Part shown: in pieces, positions 34,813 to 45,793 of the stretch
Layout of the letters: the number at the start of each line of letters is the position of its first letter
How positions within the stretch are numbered: position 1 is the first letter of the stretch
Source: Histomonas meleagridis 2922-C6/04-290x
Lineage: Eukaryota > Protista > Parabasalia
Length of the DNA: 64,000 nucleotides
Reading direction: 5' to 3'
NCBI GenBank assembly: GCA_020184695.1
Contig: JAANOX010000280.1
Span: 310,001-374,000, forward strand
Position numbers and translations under genes: made by a program
The notes under the pieces: model-generated
The model's input: the letters and a program-made list of their open reading frames with translations, nothing else
Databases searched by the model: none
Told to the model about the DNA's origin: nothing

Positions 34813-37800
34813 ATGGGCAATATCCAAAGCGAAACAGAATTACTTCCACCAGTTCAAAATCCAGATACATACAGGCAAATAGTAAGATCTCTTGAAGAAG
34901 TCATTATTAATTTAGACGAAGATAACATTATCGAATCAGTTGGGAGAACTATAAATTTCGTTACTGATAATTTTACATCTTTTCCTAATACTTTTTTAAG
35001 TCGATTTATTTATTCAGCATATTTTTCACAAGCAAAGGATATTAATATTTATATTAATTTTATGAAAGAAATGGAAAATCAAATGAAAAAATTCAACTCG
35101 AATGAATGTAATCTAATAAATACATTTACAGATTTTATTCTTCAATTAGATACACAAGAATCATATTTTCTTCTTGAAAAATTAATTGACTTAAATATAT
35201 TTCCATCAACGATAATTGAAAATAAAAAAACATTTTTTTTCTCTCATTTTATGTCTTTAGGAAGCACAAACATTTTAATGAAAAATGAGTCCATTCGATT
35301 CCAATCATATTTCACGCAAAATCTTGGGGGACTTTTCATGAATGATTGGGAACTTCATAAGCAATTAATCAAAGAAGGACATAATCCAAATACAATTGCG
35401 AAAATAATTCGAAATGATGAAATCGAAAAACTTCAAGAAATATCATCACAAAATGATTTTGATTACAACCAAACAATAAAACCATCACTTTATGAAAAGC
35501 ATTCATTAATTAATCAAAAGAATGTTACATTAATTGATTATGCAGCATTTTTTGGATCAATTAATTGCTTTAAATATTTACTTATAAATAGTAATAATTT
35601 AGAAAATCTCGGTAAATATGCAGTTGCAGGTGGAAATGAAGAAATTATTCATTTGTGTGAACAAAATGATATATCATTGAATCAATCTCTTGAGATAGCA
35701 ATCGAATATCATCGGAATGATATCTTTAAATATATTTATGAGAATAAAACTCAAGAAATTTCTAATTTAGAAAAATTAGGGAATAAATGTTATCAGTTTT
35801 GTAATTTCGAAATTTTCTCATTTTTAATTCTAGAAAATATGAAAATTGATGAAAAGACTATGAATGATATTGGAAATACAGGAAATATTTTACTGATGAA
35901 ATATTTATTCGAATATAATATGTTGCCAAAAAATTATTTGATTTTTTTATCAGATACAATTTCAATAAACATTGTTGGAAGTATTTTCATGGGAAATAAT
36001 ACCAGATCTACTATTAGAGATAGAAACATATATTTCTTTTATTAAATGTTTGATTTTGTTGATTTTTTGTTTCTAAATAATATTTGGAATTTCTTAAATT
36101 TGTTTGAAACAGCACTTCTATGTTCGTCATATTATGGATATCCTAAAATAGTTAAATTTCTTATTGAACATGAAAAAGTTAATGTTAATATTACCGAAAT
36201 TTATTTCTTTATTTTAATATTTGTTTTAAATTATTAACGTTTCTAAATAACATTTAGGAATTATTCAAAGTATTTGTAACACCACTCATTTGCGCATCTT
36301 TTAGAGGTAATCTTGAAGTAGTTAAATTGCTTCTAGAACAAGAAGAAATTGAAATAAATGCTAAAAACATAAATTTGTTTTATTTTTAATTTGTTTTAAT
36401 AATTTTCTATCTCAAAATAATATTTGGAGTTTATTCACATTATATCAAACAGCATTTATTTTCGCATCTTTAAATGGTCATACAGAAATAGTTAAATTAT
36501 TTCTTAAACATAAAAAAATTGATATTAATGCTAAAGATATTTAATTGATTTATTTAATATTTATTTTAATAATTTAATATTTCAAAATAATATTTGGAAA
36601 TTATTCAAATCATAAAATACAGCACTTTTAAATGCATCTAGAGAAGGTCAAATTGAAGTAATAAAATTACTTCTAGAACAAGAAGGAATTGATTTTAATG
36701 CAAAAAGTGTTAATATGCATTATTTAATATTTATTTAAATAATTTAGTAATTTAAAATATTATTTGGAAATTATTTGTATTATTTAATACATTATTAATT
36801 TATGCATCTGCAAAAGGAAATTCAGATTTAGTCAAATTATTTATTGAACGAAAAATTGTTGATATAAATGCTCGAAATATTTATATGTTTTGTTTAATAT
36901 TATTTTATTTAATTTGATATTTTAAAATAATATTTGGAAATTATTTAAATTATTTGAAACAGCACTTATGAAAGCATCTGAAACTGGTAATATAGAAATA
37001 GTTAAATTACTTCTTGAACAAAAAGGAATAGATATCAATGCAAAAGATATTTATTTGTTTAATTTAAAATTTATTTTAATAATTTAATATTTCAAAATAT
37101 GATTTGGAAATTATTTAAATTGTTTAATACAGCATTTATGCTTGCATTTAATAAGGAAAATTTTGATATAATTGAATTATTTTATGAAAAAGAAGGAGTT
37201 GATCCAAATATGAAAATTAATTATATACTTTATTTCAAATTGATTTAAATAATTTTTTATATCAAAATATTATTTAAAAATTATTTAAATTATTCAAAAA
37301 TTCACTAATTAATGCAATTGAAAAAAATAAAATAGAATTTGTAAAATTAATTCTAAACCAAAAAGTAATTAATGTTAATACTAATATTTATTTGTTTTAT
37401 TTAAAATTGGTTTCAATAATTTGATATTTCAAAATAAAATTTGAAGTTTATTTAAGGAATATAAAAATCCACTAAAAGTTGCAATTGAAAAAGGTTATAC
37501 CGAAATAGTACAATTGCTTCTTAAATATGAAAAAATTGATGTCAATATAAGATTTAGATATTTATTTTATTAATATACAATATTTCAAAATAATTTTTAA
37601 TAATTGATAAAATTATTTGATACGCCACTTATAATTGCAACAAAGAAAGGTAATATTGGAATAGTTTCATTACTACTTGAACATAAAGATATTAATGTAG
37701 ATCTGAAAGATGTTTATTTGTTTTATTTAGAAATTATTTTATTAATTTTATATTTCAAAATAATATTTGGAAATTATTTAAATTATTTTGGACAGCACTC

Positions 37801-40800
37801 GATTATGCATTTAATAAAGATTATATTGAAATAATTAAATTGCTTCTTCAAAAAGCGAATATTAATGAGTTATATATTTATATATCTTCTTTGTAATTAA
37901 TTTCTATAATATGATATTTCATAATTATATATAGAAAATATTTATAATATTTAAAACACCACTTATGATTGCAGTAGAAAAAAATTATATAGAAATAGTT
38001 GAACTCATTCTTAAACATGAAGGTGTTGATGTTAATGTACAAGATATTTATTTAATTTATTAAGAATTTATTTAAATAAAATGATATTTCAAAATAATTT
38101 TTGGAAATTAGTAAAATTATTTCATACACCACTTATGATTGCAGTAGAAAAAGATTATACAAAAATTGTTGCAATACTACTTGAACAAATAGGAATTAAT
38201 ATTAATATTACAGATATTTATTTTTTTTATATAGAATATATTTTAATAATTTTATATTTCAAAATAATTTTTGAAAATTATTTTATATATTTAGAAAAGC
38301 AGTTGACATTGCATTGAATAAAGGTTATGCAGATATAGTTGAAATGTTTATTAAAATTAAAGGAATTGATATAAATGCTGAAAGGATTCATACTTTTAGC
38401 TTTATATTAATTTTTCTAATTTAATGTTTTTTGGTAATAATTAATGAATATTTATAATATTTATAACATATCTTATGGAAGCTATTGAAAATGGCTATAT
38501 CGAAATAGCTAAATTATTTCTTGCACAGAAAGAAATTAATATTAATGGCAAAAATATTATTTATTTAAATAATTTTCAATTTCAATGTAACATTTGGAAA
38601 TTATTTGGTATACTTAAAACTGTACTCATGTATGCATCTGAAAAAGGTTATATCGAAATAGTTAAATTACTTCTTAAACGAAAAGAAATTGATATTGATG
38701 CTAAAGATATTTATTCCTTTTGTTTATTGTTTAGTATAATAATTTTATATTTCAAAATAATATATGGAATTTTTTTTATATCGAAGAGTCAGCTCTTGTT
38801 TATGCATGTCATAAAGGAAATACAGAAATAGTTAAATTACTTTTTGAACAAAAAAGAATTGAAATTAATTATATTGATATTAATTTGTTTTGTTTCATAT
38901 TTGTTTTAATAATTTAATGTTTCAAAATAATATTTGGAAATCATTCATAACATTTCAAACACTACTTATTTTCGTATCTCATAAAGGATATACAGAAATA
39001 GCTAAATTACTTATTGAACGCCAAAAAATCGATATTAATGCTAAAGATATTTTTTTATTTTATTTAGAATTTATTTTAATAATTTTTTGTTTCAAGATAT
39101 TATTTGATAATTATTCATTACATTTAGAACAGCACTTATTTATGCATCTGAAAAAGGTTATACAGGAATAGTACAATTACTTCTTGAACAAAAGAAAATC
39201 AAAATTAACACAAAAGATATTTATTCATTTTATTTGAAATATATTCTAATAATTTAATGTTTCAAAACATTATTTGGAAATTATTCATTGCATTTAAAAC
39301 AGCACTTATTCTTGCATCTATGAATGGTTATACAGAGATTGTTCAAATGCTTCTTAACCATAAAGGAATCAATATTAATGTTAAAGATATTTATTATCTT
39401 TATTTAATTTTTATTTTAACAATTTGATATTTCAAAACAAAATTTGGAAATTTTTCACAATATTTAAAACAGCATTTAAATACGCAGTTCTAAATGGTCA
39501 TTCAAATATAGTTATGTTACTCATTAATCAAAAAGGAATTAATGTTAATATAAATGATAAAGTTAAATTATTATATTTATAGTTTATTTAAATTAATTGA
39601 TGATTAAAAATAATATTTGGAAATTAATCAAAAAATTTAAAACATTACTTATGAACGCAGCAATTAAAGGTTATATAGAAATAGCTAAAGTACTTATTGA
39701 ACAAAAAGGAATTAATCTTAATGCTAAAGATATTTATATGTTTTATTTGATTTATGTTTTAATAATTTACTATTTCAAAATAATGTTTGGAAATTATTCA
39801 AATTATTTAACACAGCACTTATGTATGCATGTCAAAATGGTAAAAATGATATAGTTAAATTACTTCTTGGGCTAAAAGGAACTGATATTTATTTAAAAAA
39901 TATTTATTTGTTTTATGTAAAATATATTTTATCAATTTCAGATTTCAAAATAGTATTTGGGAATTATTTATATTATTTCAAACAGCACTTGTTTCAGCAT
40001 CTGCAAAGGGTTATATAGAAATAATTGAAACATTTATTAAATTTAAAGGAGTTGATGTTGATACCAAATATATTTAATTTAATAATTTGAAAATTCAACA
40101 TAATATTCGTAATTTATTCATGATATTTAATAATGCTCTTGTTTCAGCAGCTGCATATGGACATTTAGAAATCGTTAAATTATTACTTCATCAAAACTTA
40201 ATTGATATTAATGCTAAAAATGTTATTTTATTTTGATTGAGATTTGATCAAATAATTTTATATTTTCATGTAATATTTGGAAATTATTTATAATATTTAA
40301 TACAGCACTTATCACTGCATCTCGTAATGGTCAGGTAAAAGTAGTTGAATATCTTCTTGCACAAGAAAGAATTAGTATTAATATACAAAATATATCAAAA
40401 TTTTATTTAAAATTTGTTTTAATTATTTATTGTTTTATGATAACATTTGGAAATAATGCACTTATGGAAGCATCTAGTCATGGCCAATTAGAAATAGTTC
40501 GGATACTTATTGAACACGGAAAAAATTCCCAAAATAAGAATGTTCAATTTTTCTGTTTGCTGTATATATGAACTTTTTGATGTTTTTAAATAATATTTGG
40601 AAATTATTTGAAATATTTTTTACAGTAATTCAATATGCTGATGGTGAATTTACACATTCAGGCGATTTACTTATTGAACACGAAGGAATTGATATTAATG
40701 CTAAAAATATTAATTTGTCTTATTTAACATATGTTTTGATAATTTGATGTTTTTGGATAATGTTTGGAAATTTTTCAAAATATTTGAGACAGCACTTATG

Positions 40801-41042
40801 TTAGCAGCTTGTCGTAATCAAGAAGAAGTGGTTGAATTTTTGCTTGAACAAGAAGGAATCAATATCAATGCTCAAAATATATAATAATTTTATTTAAATT
40901 TTAATTTAACAATTTAAAATTTTCAAATAATATTTGGAAATTATTTATATTATTTAAAACTGCTCTTATGCTTGCACGAAATAATGAAAAAGTAATCCAA
41001 AAGTTCCAGCAGAAAGATATAGAAAACACTAAAAAGAGATAA
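34813..41042 (+). CDS. DUF3447-ankyrin repeat protein, locus 3 (continuous part 34813-36027, then 30 cassettes)
   Basis: Begins MGNIQS and has the DUF3447 core. The 30 cassettes run from 36109 (TALLCSSYYG...) to 40959 (TALMLARNNE...KKR-TAA at 41042). None of the 29 internal cassettes has a stop or frameshift. Confidence 0.85.
36028..41042 (+). repeat. Cassette/spacer array of locus 3
   Basis: 30 spacers: 24 of 80 nt, plus 81, 66, 63, 83, 60 and 63 nt. Confidence 0.95.
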
Positions 41043-41391
41043 ATAAATAAGAATGATTCTTAAAAAGCAACTTCAATTAATTTTTTTTTTTAATTTCAAA
41101 TACACATGTTACCAGCTCATATCCATTAACACATTTGTAAACACATTCCTTTCGAGACTTCGGGAATTGAGAAAATGTAACAAAACAAGTCACATAAGGC
41201 CTCACTCATTTCACACATTGATAGAATGAATAATTAAAAGAATTGGTAAAAATACATAGCTACTCTATTACATGATTGTTATGCATTTTGAATTTATATT
41301 ATAATCATGTTGTTCGCTATCATTTCCATCATGAAAGCATCGGTCAATAATTCAATTTTTGAATTTGTAAGGTTTATATGGCATTAGACAG

Positions 41392-43011
41392 TTGCGGGGC
41401 AAGAAAACCAAAGTTTTCCTAACATATCCAACAAATCATGGAGAGAGCCAAACAACCCAAAAGATTACCATGCTGAGTACTTCAAAAGTTGAGGATCTAG
41501 TAAAAATTATCGAAAGTACAATAGATCAATTCAACCAAAAAGAATTCATTTTATTACATAAAAACGAAATACTCCTAAAGTCACAAGAAATTGAAAGTAT
41601 CTCTGAAGATAAAAATTGTGATATTGTCATTTTCCCACAATTTGTAACAATATCAGTAATTACCACTGAAAGTGAACTCCTTCAGAAACAGATCGATATA
41701 TCGACACCAGTTATAGCTATAATTAATGAAATGGTTGATTCATATCCAGAAAGATATGTTCTTGCTTTTCAAACAAAAGATAAAAGGTATCAAGTTCTAT
41801 CACATATGTTTCCTTTGTTTTCTCAAGGTTGGTTTTTTGATAGCTTAGTTTTAATCCGAAGAGTTTATTTGGAAGATATTTCTAGCCTTCATCAACATGA
41901 TTTCCGTGAATACCTTATACGGAATTGTCAATTTGCTGTTGCTCGTGGACTTTCTTTTTACACATCGAAAGTATGGGCTGATCTAGCTGCATTACAACTT
42001 GTATCCAAACAATCAAAAGCAAATGCGACGCCAGACTTTGTCCGTAACAATATATCACTTTACATACCACAAATGCTTAAGAAAGATGATGCATTGATTA
42101 ATTCAGTTTGTAGATTTATGGAAATATATGGAGACCTTACACCAGAACAAGCCGAAACCATATATGTTTCCAAGGCAGCAAGTGATGGATGTCAATGTGG
42201 ATATGGAGAAAATCTTAAATTCAGTCGTTTTGATGGGAAAAAATGGCCAAAAATGGTTCCCAAAACAGTCTTCTTTTCTCCTTACATGATTTACGTGTTC
42301 ACACCGCTTAAGTTTACCGAGCCTAACTATGAGGGGCTTGTTGACGAGATTGAATCCATCAACGATGAAACCGCCGACGGTTCGATTGAAATCGTGTTCA
42401 AACGCTCTGAAAAATGGCGGTTTATTAGCAAGCAGCCGTTAATTTTCAACAGCATTCTAAATGAGATTCGAACTAAACCAAAACATTCCAAAGAACTTGA
42501 GAATAATGACTCAAATCAAAAAGAAGAAAAAGAGAAAACTGATGTTAACGATTACTATTTGACTCTATTTCCTTCTCAAATCTCGTGTCAAGTTCCAGAT
42601 GATTTCGTGAAGCGTACCAATTTTTCATCCGCAAAAACATCAACATTTGTCTTTGAAGAGGAGGAACCGACAACTTCGATTTCAAATAAAATTGAACCGC
42701 TACAATTCATAAAGCCAAAGAGGAAGAACCCAAGGAAAAAGAGAAGGCATCCTGGTACATATCCTATAGTTCCGCCTGGCAAGTTTGAAACTAATCAAGA
42801 ATATGATATTGTCAAGAATAACATGAAAACAGTCAAACTTGTGAGAATGATTGAAGACAATGGTGAAAACGAAATTGACGAAAAGGAGAAAATTCCAATC
42901 GAAAAAGAAAAATTCTTTAAATTATCAGAAGATGAATCATGGGAAAAGAATCCAATCGCAATTGTTTTTGTACTGCTTATAATAATTGATATAATCAAGA
43001 TTCTGCTCTAA
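41392..43011 (+). CDS. FERM-like domain protein with C-terminal transmembrane anchor
   Basis: Ubiquitin-like N-terminal lobes, WADLAALQL/LYIP/LTPEQAE...YG pattern of the FERM central lobe, and terminal IAIVFVLLIIIDIIKILL. The start is uncertain: a TTG was called, and an out-of-frame ATG lies at 41378. Confidence 0.55.
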   Translation: MRGKKTKVFLTYPTNHGESQTTQKITMLSTSKVEDLVKIIESTIDQFNQKEFILLHKNEILLKSQEIESISEDKNCDIVIFPQFVTISVITTESELLQKQIDISTPVIAIINEMVDSYPERYVLAFQTKDKRYQVLSHMFPLFSQGWFFDSLVLIRRVYLEDISSLHQHDFREYLIRNCQFAVARGLSFYTSKVWADLAALQLVSKQSKANATPDFVRNNISLYIPQMLKKDDALINSVCRFMEIYGDLTPEQAETIYVSKAASDGCQCGYGENLKFSRFDGKKWPKMVPKTVFFSPYMIYVFTPLKFTEPNYEGLVDEIESINDETADGSIEIVFKRSEKWRFISKQPLIFNSILNEIRTKPKHSKELENNDSNQKEEKEKTDVNDYYLTLFPSQISCQVPDDFVKRTNFSSAKTSTFVFEEEEPTTSISNKIEPLQFIKPKRKNPRKKRRHPGTYPIVPPGKFETNQEYDIVKNNMKTVKLVRMIEDNGENEIDEKEKIPIEKEKFFKLSEDESWEKNPIAIVFVLLIIIDIIKILL

Positions 43012-43161
43012 TAACTGCTATATTGTATAATACAAAGCAGAAAAAAGTTTTTAATAAAGTTTGTTTCTTACTTTAAATTAACGGTCGATAACCGTTATTT
43101 TATAACTTTTTCAAAGCATTGAACGATGGTTATATTGGCATTTTTAAATTATTTTTTTTTT

Positions 43162-44952
43162 ATGGCTGCAATAGGAATAGACCTTGGAACAACATATAGT
43201 TGTGTAGGCATATATAGGAATGGTGAAGTTGAAATTATACAAAATGATGAAGGTCATAGTACTACTCCATCGGTAGTTTCTTTTACGAGCGATCAAAGGC
43301 TTGTTGGTTCAGAAGCAAAGTATGCTGAACCCTTTTATCCAGAGAGTACAATTTTCGATGTTAAGCGCCTTATAGGGCGAAAATTTGATGATAAAGAAGT
43401 TCAATTTGATAAGAAAAATTGGCCATTCAAAGTTGTTCCAGATGCTAACAATCGTCCAATGATCAAAGTCGAAACAAATGGTGAGGTTAATTTATTTTCT
43501 CCTGAAGAGATATCAGCGATGATTTTAGAGAAAATCAAAAAAATTGCAGAAAATTACTTAAAAACAGAAGTCACTGATGCAGTTATTACAGTCCCAGCAA
43601 ATTTCAATGATAGCCAACGTGCATCTACTCAAGCAGCTGGACGTATTGCAGGTTTAAATGTATTACGTGTTATTAATGAACCAACAGCAGCTGCGATAGC
43701 ATATGGCCAAAAACAACATTTTGAAGGGGAAAGAAATATTTTAGTTTATGATTTAGGAGGCGGTACATTTGATGTATCTATTGTCCATGTTAATGGTAAT
43801 GATTATAAAGTATTAGCAACTGCAGGTGATACACATTTAGGAGGGAGAGACTTTGATAATAATATGTTTAATTTTTTTGCTGACATTTTTGTGGATAAAT
43901 ATGGTTGTGACTTTAGAGAAAGTAAGCGTTCTTGTGGTTTATTAATGGCTGCTTGTGAGAATGCAAAAATCATTCTTTCTATGTATAAATCAGCTCCAGT
44001 CCGAGTTCAATCATTATACAATAACATCAATTTCGAAGAAACGATATCTCGTGCTGCCTTTGAATGTTTAAATGAAGATCTTTTTGAAAAGACTCTTGAA
44101 ACTGTATCACTTGTTATCGATCTTGCAAAAATTGATAAATCTAAAATCGATGATATCGTACTTGTCGGAGGTTCATCAAAAATTCCACGAATCAAAACGT
44201 TGCTCACCGAATATTTCGATGGTAAAGAGCCATGTCGTCTTGTTAATCCAGATGAAGCTGTTGCTTATGGCGCCGCGATTAATGCTGAAGAAGGTTCCGG
44301 AGTTGTATTAATTGATGTCACGCCATTATCACTTGGCATTGAATTAATAGGTAATTACACTGATGTATTAATTCCAAGGAATACTCCAATTCCTTATGAA
44401 GCGTTTCGAATATATACAACATCAGAAGATAATCAGACAGGAATTCATTTCAAAATTTTGGAAGGAGAAAGAACTCAAGCATCAGAAAATAATGTGCTCG
44501 GTGAGTTTTCCATTTTAAATCTGAAAAAAGATTTAAGAGGAAAAACTAAAGTCGAAACAACATTTAGCATCGATCAAAATGGAATTTTAACTGTGAAAGT
44601 CAAAGAAAAGAATAGAGACAATCAAAAGGATATGGTGATTCTAAATGAAAAAGGAAGGCTTTCAGAAGAAAAGGTCCAACAAATGATTAAAAAGGCGGAA
44701 CAACTTAGAGCTAATGACGAAGAGTTCGCGAAAAAGGTTTTGGCAATGAATTCGTTTGAAAATTTCGTTTATGCCGCGAGAAAGAAAATTATGAAGAAAT
44801 ATCCAAACAATGAAAGTGCGGAAATAAAGAATATAAGAAATGTGATTCAGAAAACAATTAAATGGACTGATAAGAATCAGGGAGCAGAAATAAATGTTAT
44901 TGAAGCAAAGAAAAAAGAATTTGAAGCAATAGTTAGGCCATTCATTCAATAA
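43162..44952 (+). CDS. Divergent cytosolic-type Hsp70
   Basis: GIDLGTTYS, EPTAAAIAYG, DLGGGTFDVS, GDTHLGG, VGGSSKIP, DVTPLSLG. ATG at 43162. No EEVD tail. Confidence 0.95.
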   Translation: MAAIGIDLGTTYSCVGIYRNGEVEIIQNDEGHSTTPSVVSFTSDQRLVGSEAKYAEPFYPESTIFDVKRLIGRKFDDKEVQFDKKNWPFKVVPDANNRPMIKVETNGEVNLFSPEEISAMILEKIKKIAENYLKTEVTDAVITVPANFNDSQRASTQAAGRIAGLNVLRVINEPTAAAIAYGQKQHFEGERNILVYDLGGGTFDVSIVHVNGNDYKVLATAGDTHLGGRDFDNNMFNFFADIFVDKYGCDFRESKRSCGLLMAACENAKIILSMYKSAPVRVQSLYNNINFEETISRAAFECLNEDLFEKTLETVSLVIDLAKIDKSKIDDIVLVGGSSKIPRIKTLLTEYFDGKEPCRLVNPDEAVAYGAAINAEEGSGVVLIDVTPLSLGIELIGNYTDVLIPRNTPIPYEAFRIYTTSEDNQTGIHFKILEGERTQASENNVLGEFSILNLKKDLRGKTKVETTFSIDQNGILTVKVKEKNRDNQKDMVILNEKGRLSEEKVQQMIKKAEQLRANDEEFAKKVLAMNSFENFVYAARKKIMKKYPNNESAEIKNIRNVIQKTIKWTDKNQGAEINVIEAKKKEFEAIVRPFIQ

Positions 44953-45051
44953 ATTTCAAAATATTTCGTACAATTTGCCTGTGTGTTCTTGTTACAGACG
45001 AATTATGCACCAATAAATATTGTAAAAATTGTTTTATTATTAAAAAAACTT

Positions 45052-45168
45052 AAAAGTTACATGAGCATGCTCAATAACTTCAAATGAAAAATTACATGAG
45101 TATGTTCACTCCCTTAAAATAAAAAGTTACATGAGTATGTTCATTATCTTCAAATGAAAAATTATACA
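45052..45168. repeat. 35-bp period minisatellite, about 3.3 copies
   Basis: TTACATGAG(C/T)ATG(C/T)TCA starts at 45057, 45092 and 45127, with a partial copy at 45162. Confidence 0.8.
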
Positions 45169-45179
45169 TAATAATGTGT

Positions 45180-45734
45180 TTAGTTATATTTTGGTGCTGT
45201 GACTGTTTTGATGAAGTTTCCTAACTTTGATATCCACCTATCAAGCGGTATGGATGACCCTTCTGTGATATCAAGGAGAGCACTTTGACGTGATAAACAA
45301 ACTAAAACAAAAACAGATGGAAGAAAAACGAAGAGAATTAAATCACCTAAGTTTTGCATAAATGAAACTCTACGTTGATGACTGAAATTGTACATCCAAA
45401 ACAATATGTTACAAACAATAGATGCAATTCCTTGATATAATTCATATTTCTTGATTAGATGGAATAAAATTGATCCCCACCAAAAACATAAAAGTGTTCC
45501 TATAAAAGAAATGTCTCTAAGTGGGAGCAACAACCCGAAAATAACAACTAACATTCCAATAAAACGACATAAACGTTTGAAGAAAATCCGATTTTCGATT
45601 GAAAACTGAATTAATCCATAAATAGAACAAAGGATTCCTGTGATGAACAATGTTATTGTTACTATTGTTCCTAATGATATTGTTATAAAGTTGAAAATCC
45701 CAAACGCAACAGAACCCATTTTATTAGATGCCAA
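45180..45734 (-). CDS. Multi-pass membrane protein, TEX261/Svp26-like
   Basis: Four to five hydrophobic segments. The ILCSIYGLIQFSIEN..FFKR and FVFLPSVFVLVCLS patterns resemble TEX261. Confidence 0.55.
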   Translation of the reverse strand: MASNKMGSVAFGIFNFITISLGTIVTITLFITGILCSIYGLIQFSIENRIFFKRLCRFIGMLVVIFGLLLPLRDISFIGTLLCFWWGSILFHLIKKYELYQGIASIVCNILFWMYNFSHQRRVSFMQNLGDLILFVFLPSVFVLVCLSRQSALLDITEGSSIPLDRWISKLGNFIKTVTAPKYN

Positions 45735-45793
45735 TTTTTTTGAGAAAAAATAATTGTGTCAAATAAAAATAAAATATTTTTGTTAAAGTTCTT

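Noticed and set aside
36028-41042. CRISPR array (conserved repeat plus variable spacer appearance)
   Set aside because: Eukaryotic context with no cas genes. The conserved part is 80 nt and degenerate, and the variable parts are homologous coding cassettes.
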